From positions 7,403-71,402 of IMG/VR virus record IMGVR_UViG_3300037515_000591: a stretch of DNA of 64,000 nt; one strand, given 5' to 3'. The stretch is from a virus. Shown here one piece after another: positions 1 through 10,080 of this stretch (position 1 is the stretch's first letter; every line of letters starts with the position of its first letter). The notes below the pieces were generated by a model. It was not told the DNA's origin, ran no database searches, and was given only the letters and a program-made list of their open reading frames with translations. The position numbers and the translations under genes are program-made.

Positions 1-2765
1 GGGTTTTTGAACCCGGCCATGCGCCCGAAGTGGGAGACGGTCAGCTCACCGCGCGCAGCGCTGCGGGCCTCACGTTCCTTCTTCGTGACACCGCCCTTCG
101 CGAACCCGGCCAGTTTCAGACGGCCCGAGTTCAACGCGTCGAGCAGCGGAACCCCGTACTTGCTGACGGCGCTGGCCTGCACGATGTACTCACGGTCCGA
201 CGCCCGGTACGCGCCGCCGTTCGGCGGCAGCATGAGAATCGAGTCCGAGGTGGGTGTGCCAGGGCCACGGATGAGGCCGCCGTCCGGGTAGGACTGCACG
301 TTGCCGCCGCCCGCATAGCCGGGTGCGAGACCGCCTGCTGCAAGGCCGGAGCGTGCGGTGCCCGCGCCGACGCCCGCGTAGTTGTACTGGCGGGTGTAGG
401 TGGTCTTGACGTACGTGTTGGCGGTCTTGCCGTTGAGGCTGTCCAGGGCTTGCCGGACCGAGCCGATGGGTCCGAGGGCCTGGCCGTTCGCGGTGAACAC
501 CTGCGTCTTGCCATCGGGGAGTTGCTTCGTCTTCAGCCCCACGGCCTCCAGCGCCGCGATGGCTGCACCGTTCAACGTGTCGACCTTCACCGACTTGGCG
601 CCCGGCGTCTTGTCGATCTCGGCCTGGACGTCCTTCAGCCCGGCGATGGCTTCCTCGCGCTCCAGCTTCACCAGCGTTTTGATATCGCCTGGCACCCCGA
701 GCAGCTCGTTGACGTACTCGCGGGCCTTGGCCTTGTTCCCGTCGAAGGCATCCACCGCGAGGCGCATCATCGTCTCGCGAAGCTCGTCCGACTTCTTCGT
801 CATCGACCCCAGCGACTCACCCGCCGCAAGCCCCGTCGCGATCAACTCGTCCTGAGACTTAGCCGCCGCCGACATCGCCTCACCGTTCCGGCGCCCCGCA
901 TCAGTGTCGAGGTCGAGGGTGGCGCCGTGCTCCTTGAAGCTCGCGGTCAGGTCGTCCAGCGACTGCTCGAACCCGATCTGCGCGTCGTACGCGGAGCGGT
1001 TCACGTCGTTCAACGCGAGGATGCTCGCGCGGAGTCCGTCCGCGGACTCCTTCTGCGCGCCGAGCTTCGCCGACGTATCCAACGCCGCCTGCCCGAACAC
1101 GCTCATACTGTCCGCAGCGAGCTGCTGCTCCGCCTTCAACCCGGCAACCCGCGCCAGATACTCCGGGACCCGCTCCTCCACCTCCTTGAGCGAATGCCCC
1201 TGCTCCAAAGCGGCATCCTTCACCAGCCGGAAATCAGCCGCCGCCTGGCCCGCAAACCCAGAGTCGACCATCGACGCCAGCGACTGATCGAGCGCCCCGA
1301 ACCGGTCGTCCAGCGACTTCAGCGAATCCTCGCCCTTGGTGAAGTCCTGCCACAGGCTGTTCGCCCCCCGCCGCAGGTCATCCAGCGGACCGATGCCGGA
1401 GTTCCCGAACGACTTGACGTACTCCTCCTGGTCCTGCGCCGACTGCCCGACCTTCCCGATGTCCTCGACCAGGCCGTCGAGGTCGCCGAACGCCTGCTTG
1501 AGTTCGCCCGTGAACTTGCCCGTCGACGCGAGGTTCTTCAGGCTCGTGGTCAGCCGGTCAACATCCGGCGGCGCACCCCGCGCCTGCTCGGCGAGCTTCG
1601 CAACCCCCAGCCCCACCGCCACGATCCCCGCAGCGATGAGACCGCCCTTCACCGACGTCGACAACGTTCCGATCGCAGCCCGCGCCCCGCGGACACCGCC
1701 ACCCGCAGCAGCCGACGCAGCCGACAGCGCGAGCATCGCATCCCGCAACTTGCCCACCCCGGCGGCGGTCGCCGCCACCCCGGCGCCGGCCAGTGACATG
1801 AGCTTCAGCCCTACCGCAGTCTGCATGGCGATCGTGACCAGCTCGGGCGGCAGAGCAGCGACCAGCTTCGCAACCGCATTCACCAGGGTGAGCATGCCCG
1901 GACCGGCGTCGGCGGCCGCCTCGGCGAGCGTCACCACGGCGTCCCCGGCGTTCGACAGGGTCTCGCGGACGGCGGGCCCGTTCTGTGCGGCGTAGTCCAT
2001 GAACGCTTTGACGGGGCCGTTGGCGTCACCGTCCGCGAGAGCCGTTGAGAAGCGGATGATGCCGGTGACCGCATCGCGCAGTGAGTCGTTCGCGAACGTC
2101 GACACCCGGTCTGCGAAACCGTCGAACCCCGGCGAAGCCACCGCACCGCCGGCCACCGACACCAGCCGGTCCAACTGCTCGGAAGCGCCGCGCGCCATCG
2201 GCGTCAGCTTCGGCACCAGCTCGTTGAGGAGCGTGAACGACTTCTCCACCGGCGTCATCGTGAAGTCGGCTATGGAGTCCGACCAGTCCTGAAAGCCGTC
2301 CTTCAACGTCTGCATGCCGACCGCGGCCCGGGCCGTCGAGACGGGCATGCGGGACAGCGTCGTCGACAGCGTGTGCTGCGCCTCGGCCGCTTCCTTCGAC
2401 CCGCGCCCGGACTTGACGACCGCATCCGAGTACTTGGTCTGCGCCTCCGACGCCGCCGACAGAGACGACACCTGCCCGGCTATCGCCGCGCCGAACGCGG
2501 ACAACGCCAACACAGCGCCGCCCGTCGCGCCGGCAGCCTTCCCCACAGCCACACCCAGCGCGGCAGTGACCGGAACTGCCGCCGCCGCCACCGGAATCAG
2601 CGACCCGACCGACTTGGACACCCGGTTCATCGCGGCGCTCATGATCGAGCTTTCGGACACGAACCGGCCGCGCATGTCCCGCAGGTGGCCGTTGACGTCA
2701 CGGAACGCGCGGACGGCCTGGCCGTTGTTCGCACGGATAGTGATCGTTACGTCATCACCGGCCAC
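1..2765 (-). CDS. tail tape measure protein (partial, C-terminus beyond window start)
   Basis: The minus frame is open from GTG 2765 (GGAGGTGA upstream) to the window edge. It is missing from the ORF track because it has no stop in the window. My translation VAGDDVTITIRANNG...LIPVAAAAVPVTAALGV is Ala/Gly-rich. It follows the chaperone pair. Confidence 0.85.
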   Translation of the reverse strand, partial: MAGDDVTITIRANNGQAVRAFRDVNGHLRDMRGRFVSESSIMSAAMNRVSKSVGSLIPVAAAAVPVTAALGVAVGKAAGATGGAVLALSAFGAAIAGQVSSLSAASEAQTKYSDAVVKSGRGSKEAAEAQHTLSTTLSRMPVSTARAAVGMQTLKDGFQDWSDSIADFTMTPVEKSFTLLNELVPKLTPMARGASEQLDRLVSVAGGAVASPGFDGFADRVSTFANDSLRDAVTGIIRFSTALADGDANGPVKAFMDYAAQNGPAVRETLSNAGDAVVTLAEAAADAGPGMLTLVNAVAKLVAALPPELVTIAMQTAVGLKLMSLAGAGVAATAAGVGKLRDAMLALSAASAAAGGGVRGARAAIGTLSTSVKGGLIAAGIVAVGLGVAKLAEQARGAPPDVDRLTTSLKNLASTGKFTGELKQAFGDLDGLVEDIGKVGQSAQDQEEYVKSFGNSGIGPLDDLRRGANSLWQDFTKGEDSLKSLDDRFGALDQSLASMVDSGFAGQAAADFRLVKDAALEQGHSLKEVEERVPEYLARVAGLKAEQQLAADSMSVFGQAALDTSAKLGAQKESADGLRASILALNDVNRSAYDAQIGFEQSLDDLTASFKEHGATLDLDTDAGRRNGEAMSAAAKSQDELIATGLAAGESLGSMTKKSDELRETMMRLAVDAFDGNKAKAREYVNELLGVPGDIKTLVKLEREEAIAGLKDVQAEIDKTPGAKSVKVDTLNGAAIAALEAVGLKTKQLPDGKTQVFTANGQALGPIGSVRQALDSLNGKTANTYVKTTYTRQYNYAGVGAGTARSGLAAGGLAPGYAGGGNVQSYPDGGLIRGPGTPTSDSILMLPPNGGAYRASDREYIVQASAVSKYGVPLLDALNSGRLKLAGFAKGGVTKKEREARSAARGELTVSHFGRMAGFKN

Positions 2766-3318
2766 GTTTCACCTCCATCCGGGTCGGGGTCGGGTTCGTC
2801 GGGTGCGCCGAGGTTTTCGATGGCGAGGAGGCGCAGGAAGCGGGTGTCTTCCTGCATGAGCGTCGTGTAGGTGTAGCCGGGGAACTGACGGAGCAGGCCG
2901 AGGACCCATCGGGCGTGGGCTAGTTGGCCTGGCTCTCCGACAAGGGAGCCATCGGAATTGCGGGCGCCGGGGAGGGTTCGCCAGAGGTGGAGCTGTCGGG
3001 CAAAGGGTCGCTCTTGTGGACCCCCGTGAGGGCTTCGACGTAGGCGTTGTTGAGGCGCAGGATGAGGCGGTGGGGGCGTTCGCGGGATGCGCTGACGGGG
3101 ATGGGCTGGCCGTCGGCGTCTTCGAGGTTCCAGGAGATGAGCGCCTTGTGGAACCGTTCCATGGTCTTGCCGGTGTCGTCGCCGTCGCCGCCGTCCCAGC
3201 CCATGGAGGACATGAATTCGCCGATGCTCATGCCTTGCAGGGTGGCTTCGAGGCCGTGGAGTTCGTCGTCCTCGGCGAAGCGGAGGGTGATGGTGTTGGG
3301 CTGCTCGCGGTATCCCAC
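2747..3318 (-). CDS. tail assembly chaperone, -1 frameshift extension product (G-T-like)
   Basis: The -1 frame is open from the slippery site to TAA at 2747. It encodes ...WVLGLLRQFPGYTYTTLMQEDTRFLRLLAIENLG... The frame arithmetic (2920 mod 3 = 1, 2747 mod 3 = 2) fits a -1 shift. Confidence 0.6.
2920..3318 (-). CDS. tail assembly chaperone (G-like, zero-frame product)
   Basis: 132 aa acidic protein directly upstream of the tape measure. It has high GC3 and the canonical position for this gene. Confidence 0.75.
   Translation of the reverse strand: MGYREQPNTITLRFAEDDELHGLEATLQGMSIGEFMSSMGWDGGDGDDTGKTMERFHKALISWNLEDADGQPIPVSASRERPHRLILRLNNAYVEALTGVHKSDPLPDSSTSGEPSPAPAIPMAPLSESQAN
3001..3007 (-). 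promoter_or_regulatory. candidate -1 slippery heptamer C CCT TTG
   Basis: Forward caaaggg reads as CCCTTTG on the minus strand. It is phased X XXY YYZ in the chaperone zero frame (GAC CCT TTG). Confidence 0.55.
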
Positions 3319-3351
3319 GGCCGCACCTCCAATCCTTATTGAAAACCGTTT

Positions 3352-3759
3352 TCAAGCCCAAGTCGGCGTTGCGCCATCCGAAAGCTGGAACGGGACACTC
3401 CACGTGAACTCGCCGGACTGCGCCCTGGTCATCGCGTAGTCCGTGAGGATCACCGTGTTCGCCAGCGTCTGGCTTGAGATGACGATCGTCATCTCCCGCT
3501 CCACCGATGTGGAGGAGACGGTGCGGAACACCGAGTGCGCCTTGTTCGATTCGTCGTCGAAGCCGCCCGCCATGGTTCCGGAGAAGTCGGCGAGGAGCAG
3601 GTTGCGGGCCATCGCGGACTGTGAGATCGCGGTGATGTCCCACACGCCGCGCGGCATCGTCCAGTCCAGGTTGAATGTGCTGGATCGGATGTCTCGCGCC
3701 GTTGTGTCTGAATCGTCCACTTCGAGCGTCGTCCACCCGAGGCCGTTTTCAATAGCCAT
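3352..3759 (-). CDS. major tail (tube) protein-like, short paralog
   Basis: 135 aa with RBS GGGAGG. The N-terminus MAIENGLGW... resembles MTISNGLGQ... of the 462 aa protein at 4241-5629. It lies just upstream of the chaperones. Confidence 0.6.
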   Translation of the reverse strand: MAIENGLGWTTLEVDDSDTTARDIRSSTFNLDWTMPRGVWDITAISQSAMARNLLLADFSGTMAGGFDDESNKAHSVFRTVSSTSVEREMTIVISSQTLANTVILTDYAMTRAQSGEFTWSVPFQLSDGATPTWA

Positions 3760-3795
3760 GTCCGCTTACCTCCCTATTTGTGACGCCGGTGGGCG

Positions 3796-4230
3796 TCAGC
3801 CCTTGTCCCGCTCATCGAGGAGCTGCCCCATGTGCTGCTGCACGTGCTCCACCCAGTCCGACGCCCGCTTATGCACCCGCAGCGGACCGACCTTCGCCCG
3901 GTAGTCCCCACCCCGCACCAGATACCGCTCCGGCATCGACTGGTGATCCTCGAAACAGCGCTGCCCCGACTCGAACCGGAACACCGTCAACCCGACCGCG
4001 GTGCGCTGCTCCCGGAAAGTGCGGCGCGAGCCGCGAATGAACGCCGCCTGCCCTTTCCCCAGCGGAGTGGACTCGTCGATGACCGACTCCCAGCCGCCGC
4101 GCCACCGCGGGCAGCCCACCCGCTCACACACCGACTTCACCCGCTTGTCCGGACGCGACTGCACACTCCACGTCCGGTACGACTCCACCGGCATCCGCGG
4201 ATCACTCGGCCGAAACGGCTCACCCATCAC
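3796..4230 (-). CDS. hypothetical protein (Cys-containing, basic)
   Basis: 144 aa ORF with coding-like composition between the two tube-like genes. The start is either GTG 4230 or ATG 4227. Confidence 0.5.
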   Translation of the reverse strand: MMGEPFRPSDPRMPVESYRTWSVQSRPDKRVKSVCERVGCPRWRGGWESVIDESTPLGKGQAAFIRGSRRTFREQRTAVGLTVFRFESGQRCFEDHQSMPERYLVRGGDYRAKVGPLRVHKRASDWVEHVQQHMGQLLDERDKG

Positions 4231-4240
4231 CCATCACCCC

Positions 4241-5629
4241 CTAGAACGTTGTCGCCGTGATGTTGACGTTCACAGCCACCGCGAACACCAGGCTTGTGAA
4301 TCCAGCCGAGGTTGTCGTCACCGCCCGCACATACCGGCGGATCTCCGTCCCCGCCGCCACCGCAATCCGCTCCACCGTCGGAGCCGACCCGATCGCCGTG
4401 AACCCGCCACCCGTGATGTCCGCGAACGCGTCCTCACCACCGTTGTCGTGGGAGTGCTGGAGTTTCACCGTGGCGTCGGTGCCCGCGAAGCTGAACGCCT
4501 GCAAGTAGGCCTGCGCCCCGTGCACGGTGTGGGAGGAGATGAACGCGTCGCCCTGCACCGTCCACGTCAATGGCGTCGCATCCGACACATCGTCATCCGC
4601 GACAGAAGCGACCGGCGCAGCCACCGACGACCCAGCAATCCCGGACAGCACCTCACCCTGGAAGAACTTGCCCGCCAGCCGGTTCACGGTGCCCGCCGTC
4701 TGCGCACCGACCTCCAGCACCGCCGTCGAGGCGAAGATCGACGTGGTGGACCCGTTGCTCTGCGTCGCCCCCAACTGCGTCCACGTCACCCCGTCCTCCG
4801 ACGTGTAGAACACGACGTCCGCATCCGACGACCCGTTGTCGACGTCGATCGTCGCCCGCACCCAGTGCGTCGTCCCATCCGTGAACCCGGTCGCAGCCGA
4901 CGATGTTTCCGTCAGCTCGACCGTCCCGTCCTCCGACCACCGGAAAATCAGATTGCCGCCCGTCGTCACCGCCAGCGCATACGACCGCTGGTTGCTGGTC
5001 GCCGTATACTTCGCGATCAGCGTCGACTCCGCCGCCGGCGTCCAGTCATCCATCGCGACCCGCACCCGCAGGTCCAGGTCTCCCGTGATGTCCAGGCTGG
5101 CCGCGTCGGGGGTGGAGGCGTAGTCGCCGGACGTCCCGGACAGGAAAAGGAAGTCCTCCCCGTCGTAGCCGAACACGGCGGCGGTGCCGTTGGTGGCGCC
5201 GGTGTCGGTGCGCTGCTGTGCGGTGAGGAGGTCGCCCCATTCCAGGCCGAAGGCGTTGCCCTGCGCGTTGACGGCGATCGTGAGGGAGCCGTCCTGTGGC
5301 CGGGTGAAGTCGTAGTTGATCTGCTTGGCGACCAGGCAGGCCGCTGGGTCACCGATCGCGCTGCCGGTTGCCCACATCAGGTGCCGGTCCGCGGTGGGCA
5401 GTGCGCCGAGCTGGTCGTGGGCGCGGTCCGTGGCGTCGTTGAAGAATGCGCCCCAGGAGATCCGGCCGTCCCGCAGCAGGCCGATCCGCTTGTACGCGGA
5501 CAGGTCGATGGTCGTGATGTCCTGGGTGCCCACCAGGCCGCCGCCGATGTCATCAGCGGAACCGGTGTCACCGGACAGGTCGTAGCCGCCGTAGTAGAAG
5601 GCCTGCCCGAGCCCGTTACTGATCGTCAT
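4241..5629 (-). CDS. major tail protein with inserted LamG/ConA-like jelly-roll domain
   Basis: 462 aa. The central segment DLDLRVRVAMDDWTP...SYALAVTTGGNLIFRWSEDGT...THWVRATIDVDNG...VVFYTSEDGVTW has a LamG-like pattern. The flanks are tube-like. Confidence 0.65.
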   Translation of the reverse strand: MTISNGLGQAFYYGGYDLSGDTGSADDIGGGLVGTQDITTIDLSAYKRIGLLRDGRISWGAFFNDATDRAHDQLGALPTADRHLMWATGSAIGDPAACLVAKQINYDFTRPQDGSLTIAVNAQGNAFGLEWGDLLTAQQRTDTGATNGTAAVFGYDGEDFLFLSGTSGDYASTPDAASLDITGDLDLRVRVAMDDWTPAAESTLIAKYTATSNQRSYALAVTTGGNLIFRWSEDGTVELTETSSAATGFTDGTTHWVRATIDVDNGSSDADVVFYTSEDGVTWTQLGATQSNGSTTSIFASTAVLEVGAQTAGTVNRLAGKFFQGEVLSGIAGSSVAAPVASVADDDVSDATPLTWTVQGDAFISSHTVHGAQAYLQAFSFAGTDATVKLQHSHDNGGEDAFADITGGGFTAIGSAPTVERIAVAAGTEIRRYVRAVTTTSAGFTSLVFAVAVNVNITATTF

Positions 5630-6088
5630 TCACGCCACCTGTCCCCACGCGTTGGAGAAGACTGTCGGAATCGTGAGGGTCGCGATCCGGTAGGTCGTGG
5701 ACCCGATGTCGAGATAGCCGAGGCGGGCGCGCATGCGGTCTCCGAATTCGCCGAGCAAATCGATGTTGCGGACGCTGCCGCCGAGCGTGAAATCGCCCGT
5801 GTACGTGCTCATCAAGTCGGTGACCGCGTTCGTCAACTGGACGTCGACCCCGTCCATCGGCTCGGTATCTGCGGGCAGGTAGATGCGGCCGTTGAAGATG
5901 ACGCGGACGCTCGTCGACGCGAGCCCGGACGCGGCCGGTAGCGGGTCGATGTCGCCGCCCCATACCGCATAGGTGAGTCCGCTGCCGGGTGAGGACAGCG
6001 GCTCGTGCTTGAGGACCTGCCCGAAAATACCGAGGGCCTGCCCGTGGGAGGTGAGCACGTCGCGGGGGGTGGCTATGTCGAGGGCCAT
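5630..6088 (-). CDS. putative tail terminator / head-tail joining protein
   Basis: 152 aa gene immediately upstream of the tube gene (stop/start abutting at 5629/5630). The call rests on position only. Confidence 0.5.
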   Translation of the reverse strand: MALDIATPRDVLTSHGQALGIFGQVLKHEPLSSPGSGLTYAVWGGDIDPLPAASGLASTSVRVIFNGRIYLPADTEPMDGVDVQLTNAVTDLMSTYTGDFTLGGSVRNIDLLGEFGDRMRARLGYLDIGSTTYRIATLTIPTVFSNAWGQVA

Positions 6089-6615
6089 GGGCGTCTCCTC
6101 ACCGTTCCGGGGGCGAACTGTCCTGTCTCTGGGTCACGCCATGGCCCGGCCACGGGCTCTCGCTTGTTGTTCGCCTGCGTGGGCAGGTCAGCCCAGCGGC
6201 AGTTGTCGGGCGAGTACGGGCCGTCGTTGTTGATGCGGTCCAGCGTGAGACCGCTTGGCTGCTCGCCCATGTCGGCGAGGAAGTTCCGGAAGTCCCGCCA
6301 CTGCTCGCACACCGCGATACCTCGGCCGCCGTAGAGGTCCCAGTCCGCGTTGTTGGAGTTGGTGCAGCGCTGGATCATGGCAGCCCACACGTAGTAGGTG
6401 GGCGTCCCTCCTCTGCCCTCGGGGCGGCGCCGCGCGTGGCCGTGCTTCGTGCGCTCACGTGCCATGCGCTCCTTGGCCTCGTCGGACATCACCCGCGGGG
6501 CCGACCGCATCGCTGCTGAGCGGTTTCGCTCAGCAACGTCGGGCCTCTTCTTGCCCTTCTTCGCCTCCGAGATCTTGCGGCGGCGCTCCAACTCCTTTGC
6601 GCTCACGGGCTTCAC
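6073..6615 (-). CDS. HNH homing endonuclease
   Basis: Motif [30 protein letters not shown] moved the start to GTG 6615, which overlaps the upstream stop (GTGA) and has GAGGA upstream. Confidence 0.75.
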   Translation of the reverse strand: MKPVSAKELERRRKISEAKKGKKRPDVAERNRSAAMRSAPRVMSDEAKERMARERTKHGHARRRPEGRGGTPTYYVWAAMIQRCTNSNNADWDLYGGRGIAVCEQWRDFRNFLADMGEQPSGLTLDRINNDGPYSPDNCRWADLPTQANNKREPVAGPWRDPETGQFAPGTVRRRPWPST

Positions 6616-7007
6616 ATCCTCGCCGTGTAGCGGGACAGGAGGCGTCGAGCTATGCCCGGAGCCCTCTGCTGAATCAGCGCCCGCGCTCGGCTGAATGCCC
6701 TGTACCCGCGGAAGCGCGTCACCGGATAGTTCCTGCTCGAATTCCCTTCCAACCATGGGCCATACACTATGCCGTGGTCGGTGACCTCGTAGCCGCCGCG
6801 CGAGGAGCGCTCCACCCCGACGCGGGTTTCGTAGTAGGGGGTGCGGACCTTGATGGACCGGCCGAGGTGCTGCAGGACGAGGTTCTCCGCCTCGGTCGCC
6901 ACCCGGTAGTCGATCTGGTCGGTGTAGTCGCGGAGCGCGCGCTGGGCACGCCCGTCGAACATCGGGCCACGGGAGTTGGCGTTCACACGGATGTCGAAAC
7001 CAGGCAT
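6612..7007 (-). CDS. head-tail connector component (HK97 gp10-like, putative)
   Basis: 131 aa. Size and position between the adaptor and tail terminator fit, as does the [13 protein letters not shown] segment. Confidence 0.55.
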   Translation of the reverse strand: MPGFDIRVNANSRGPMFDGRAQRALRDYTDQIDYRVATEAENLVLQHLGRSIKVRTPYYETRVGVERSSRGGYEVTDHGIVYGPWLEGNSSRNYPVTRFRGYRAFSRARALIQQRAPGIARRLLSRYTARM

Positions 7008-7009
7008 GT

Positions 7010-8065
7010 CTACACGCTCCTCGTTCGCGCCTTGCGGCCGTGGGAGACGTACACGCGGTCCCGCAAGTCCTTCAGCCCACGCCCGGACACCTCACGCTCG
7101 CCCTCACCGGAGCCGGCGGTCCGCGCATACCCGGACCGGCCCTGCAACAGGTCGACGAGCGCTTCGGCCACACAGAGTTGGCGGACGGGGCCGGGCGGGT
7201 CCCATCGCTGGACGGTCGTGGAGGTGGTGTGGGTGGCCGCGGTGGTGCCGAGCGCGCCGCGGGTGACGGCCAGGGTGCGGGGGGCGTAGATGTCCGCGCT
7301 GCTCGTGTGTGCGGCGAGGGTGGTGCCGTCCCAGGCGCGGGTGACGGTGAGGGTGTTGCCGCTGATTTCGTCGATGCGCATCTTCTCGGAGTCGATGAGG
7401 ATGACTTCGTCGACGGCGTAGCCGGTGCCGTCCGTCACCGACACGGCGACGTCGTTGTTGGCGGCGGTGAGGTTGCCGCCGAGGTTCTGCCCGGTGTCGA
7501 GCTGGGATCGGCCAGTGACGATGACCCGCTCGGAGTCGATGCGCAGCAGGGAGCCGATACCGACCGCGGCCGAGGTGGCGGCGTCGACGTCGACGCCGGT
7601 CTCGCTGTCGTCGAGAGCCTCATCCGTAGAGCCGAGGGTGGTTTCGTCGTTGCGGTAGCCGAACAGGCCGGTGACGCTGATGTCGCGTTGGTGGGTGTCG
7701 CCGCCGCCGAATGCCGCGTTGGAGTCGAGGTCGATTTCGATGCGGTTGTACGGGGGCCCGTACTGGTTGGGCTCGAGGAAGTAGTCCGCCGCGACGATGG
7801 TTGTGCCGCCGGATGTGAGGGTGGTGACGGAGATGACCTCGTTCGCATCCAGCCACAGCCGCCATGAGCGGGCGTACTGCATGTTGGGCCAGTCGAAGTG
7901 GCGGGTGTCCTGCTCGGGGTAGAACGTGCGGTGGCATAGGCCGTGGATGGTTTCGGTTGCGTCGGCGAGGGCGCGGTCGATGCGTGTGTTGGAGCGTGCG
8001 GTTTCCTTCACGTCGAGCTCGGCTTTGATCTCTTCGCGGGTGGCGTAGTACGGCGTGGTGGTCAT
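7010..8065 (-). CDS. head-tail adaptor (gp6-like N-terminus) with large insertion
   Basis: 351 aa. The N-terminus [42 protein letters not shown] is connector-like. The rest is Thr/Gly-rich. Confidence 0.55.
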   Translation of the reverse strand: MTTTPYYATREEIKAELDVKETARSNTRIDRALADATETIHGLCHRTFYPEQDTRHFDWPNMQYARSWRLWLDANEVISVTTLTSGGTTIVAADYFLEPNQYGPPYNRIEIDLDSNAAFGGGDTHQRDISVTGLFGYRNDETTLGSTDEALDDSETGVDVDAATSAAVGIGSLLRIDSERVIVTGRSQLDTGQNLGGNLTAANNDVAVSVTDGTGYAVDEVILIDSEKMRIDEISGNTLTVTRAWDGTTLAAHTSSADIYAPRTLAVTRGALGTTAATHTTSTTVQRWDPPGPVRQLCVAEALVDLLQGRSGYARTAGSGEGEREVSGRGLKDLRDRVYVSHGRKARTRSV

Positions 8066-8108
8066 CTCTTGTCACCTCCTCTCACGGTGTCGTCTCGGGC
8101 CGGGTGTG

Positions 8109-8636
8109 CTACTCGGCGGTGTCAGCAGCCGACGTAGCTTCCGTCTGGTCTCCAGCCGTCAAAGGGGCAGAAGAGCTGCCCGTCCGGGCCTGTGTCGAGC
8201 GGCTCGCCGTCGTTCGGGCAGGCTTGCGGCGGGGCGGCTTGCTCGGCTCGGAGGTCGTCGGCTGCACTCCGGTAGATGCTGATGAGCTGCTCCCAGGCGA
8301 TGACGACTCGCCTCCCTCCACTACCGGTACGGGCGGGCCCGCCAGGTCGTCCGTGACGTCGAGCGGCTCGGCGTCCTCAGGCTCGGGCGCCGGGGCGTCG
8401 ACGGCCACACGCGCCTCACTGTGGTCCGCTGCCGCCGCGGGCGCGGGATCGGTCGCGGCGGCAGCGGCGTCTGTCGTGGGCAGCGTCGCGTCGGACGCCC
8501 CACCGTGGCGAGTGATCTTCGCCATGGGATCTCCATCCTCGTGGAATTCCGTGTTGTGGCAGCGAGGGCACCGGAACAGGCCCACCGCGTACTTCGTCCC
8601 GCACCCGCCCCCACCAGCACAAACCCATAGCGCCAT
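8109..8636 (-). CDS. zinc-ribbon protein with Ala/Pro/Ser-rich tail
   Basis: An internal ATG at 8636 overlaps the upstream stop. The sequence starts MALWVCAGGGGCGTKYAVGLFRCPRCHN, followed by a low-complexity region. Confidence 0.45.
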   Translation of the reverse strand: MALWVCAGGGGCGTKYAVGLFRCPRCHNTEFHEDGDPMAKITRHGGASDATLPTTDAAAAATDPAPAAAADHSEARVAVDAPAPEPEDAEPLDVTDDLAGPPVPVVEGGESSSPGSSSSASTGVQPTTSEPSKPPRRKPARTTASRSTQARTGSSSAPLTAGDQTEATSAADTAE

Positions 8637-9298
8637 CACGAAGGCTCCACGATCATCCAGGCCACCACCGACGTGTCCGTGCCATCGGCAGACGTGATCG
8701 TGAAGTCTTGGGCCGCGTTTCGCGCCGTCACCCCGACCGCCTGCGGCGCCGACACCGTCCCCAGCGACTGCACCGTCAACTGAATCCGACTGGACGCCGT
8801 GACCTCCGTCGTGCTCACGGTCGCCGCACCAGACGACAGCGTCGCCACACCCGAGCGGGCGTTGTCGCCCTCCTTCAAGTTCAGACCGCCGCCAGCGACA
8901 TCGCAGTGCAGATCGCCCTCGGTCACGAACGTGTTCACCGTGTGCAGGCGGCTGCTGCCGTCGCGGGCGAGGTTGACGTCCACCGCACCCGAACCGGGGC
9001 CCCACTCCAGTTGCCCGTTCGCGTTGACGACGAACTGGGCGACGGCGTCCCCCGTCACCCGGGAGGTGAGGACGTCCGTACCCGAGGTGGCACCCTCCAG
9101 CGTCCACGCCCCAATCAGGCGCACCACGCCCGCCGAATCCCGGGACAGCACCGCATCAGGCACACCGCCGGCACCGTCAGTGAAAGCGATGCTGCCGTCA
9201 TGGATGAGGAGGTACTTGCCTCGCAGCAGTGGTTCTTGCTGCTGGTTTTGTTCGGTGTCGCCGACGGTGCCGCCGCGGGCGCGGGTCGTTCTGGGCAT
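8636..9298 (-). CDS. hypothetical virion-associated protein
   Basis: 220 aa from the internal ATG 9298 (ATGA overlap with the upstream gene). It has a beta-rich Thr/Gly/Val composition. Confidence 0.6.
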   Translation of the reverse strand: MPRTTRARGGTVGDTEQNQQQEPLLRGKYLLIHDGSIAFTDGAGGVPDAVLSRDSAGVVRLIGAWTLEGATSGTDVLTSRVTGDAVAQFVVNANGQLEWGPGSGAVDVNLARDGSSRLHTVNTFVTEGDLHCDVAGGGLNLKEGDNARSGVATLSSGAATVSTTEVTASSRIQLTVQSLGTVSAPQAVGVTARNAAQDFTITSADGTDTSVVAWMIVEPS

Positions 9299-10080
9299 CA
9301 GGCCACTCCCATCATGGGTGCGGTGTAGCCGTACAGGGTGGTGACCTCGGCGGCCGACAGTGCCTTGCCGGTGATGAAGGGGAGCGCGATGCGGCCGTGG
9401 AACTCGGCCACTGGTGTGGCGGTGACGCCGGAGCAGCCGATAGTGAGTGGGGCGGCGGTGTTCTCCATCGCGACGTAGGAGCCGTCCTCGGTGGTGGTGC
9501 CGTCGTTCGCGAGGGCGCCGTCGACGTACAGGTTGACCACCGGGGCGGTCTCGGTTCCGTCGTACGTAGCGATGACGTGGACCCACTGGCCAATGGTGAG
9601 GGCGCTGTCCGAGACGGCGATCTCCGTAGCGGACGCGGATGCGTCATGCAGTTCCAGAGACAGCAGGCCGGAGCCATCGATGAAGAACCGCCACTCCTCC
9701 AGGTTTCCCGCGGAGTCGTACTTCCCCATGATTACGTTGGTGGCGATGGCGTTCGGGCGGATCCATGCCCCCACCGAGAACGGGGTGTCCACCGTGCCGT
9801 TACCGAAGGAGTAATTCGTCGAGTCGACCCCGGCCAGGTGCTGATTCCCGACCGGGTTGAAGTGGTACGAGTGCAGCCCGGACGGCAGCGCGATGGGCGC
9901 GAACTCGCTCTGCAAGGTCCGGGCGGCCGCCTCGTCCGACGACGTCAGATCACCGACGCTGATACCGGAGATCAGCGAGCCTTCCGCCTCCCAGAATGGC
10001 CACAGGCTGGGCGTCGTGGTACCGAGGGTCGTCATGATGTCGTTCAGACGGCCCTCAGTCCCACGCCGGTACACAGTCAT
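9298..10080 (-). CDS. LamG (concanavalin A-like lectin) domain protein
   Basis: FSVGAWIRPNAI...VIMGKYDS...EWRFFIDGSGLLSLEL...IGQWVHVIATYDG...NLYVDGAL matches the Laminin_G_3 pattern. The start ATG 10080 overlaps the upstream stop. Confidence 0.7.
   Translation of the reverse strand: MTVYRRGTEGRLNDIMTTLGTTTPSLWPFWEAEGSLISGISVGDLTSSDEAAARTLQSEFAPIALPSGLHSYHFNPVGNQHLAGVDSTNYSFGNGTVDTPFSVGAWIRPNAIATNVIMGKYDSAGNLEEWRFFIDGSGLLSLELHDASASATEIAVSDSALTIGQWVHVIATYDGTETAPVVNLYVDGALANDGTTTEDGSYVAMENTAAPLTIGCSGVTATPVAEFHGRIALPFITGKALSAAEVTTLYGYTAPMMGVA

Noticed and set aside
30-1796. Long plus-strand ORF (588 aa), and similar ORFs at 4001-5941, 10749-12704, 40344-42209 and 36049-37149.
   Set aside because: Their translations are Arg/Pro/Gly/His-rich and low in complexity. 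They lie antisense or out of frame to clearly protein-like genes. They are typical shadow ORFs of high-GC DNA.
2747-3736. 329 aa minus-strand ORF spanning the chaperone and tube genes.
   Set aside because: Only its last roughly 86 codons make sense, as the -1 frameshift extension of the chaperone. The rest is out-of-frame shadow over real genes.
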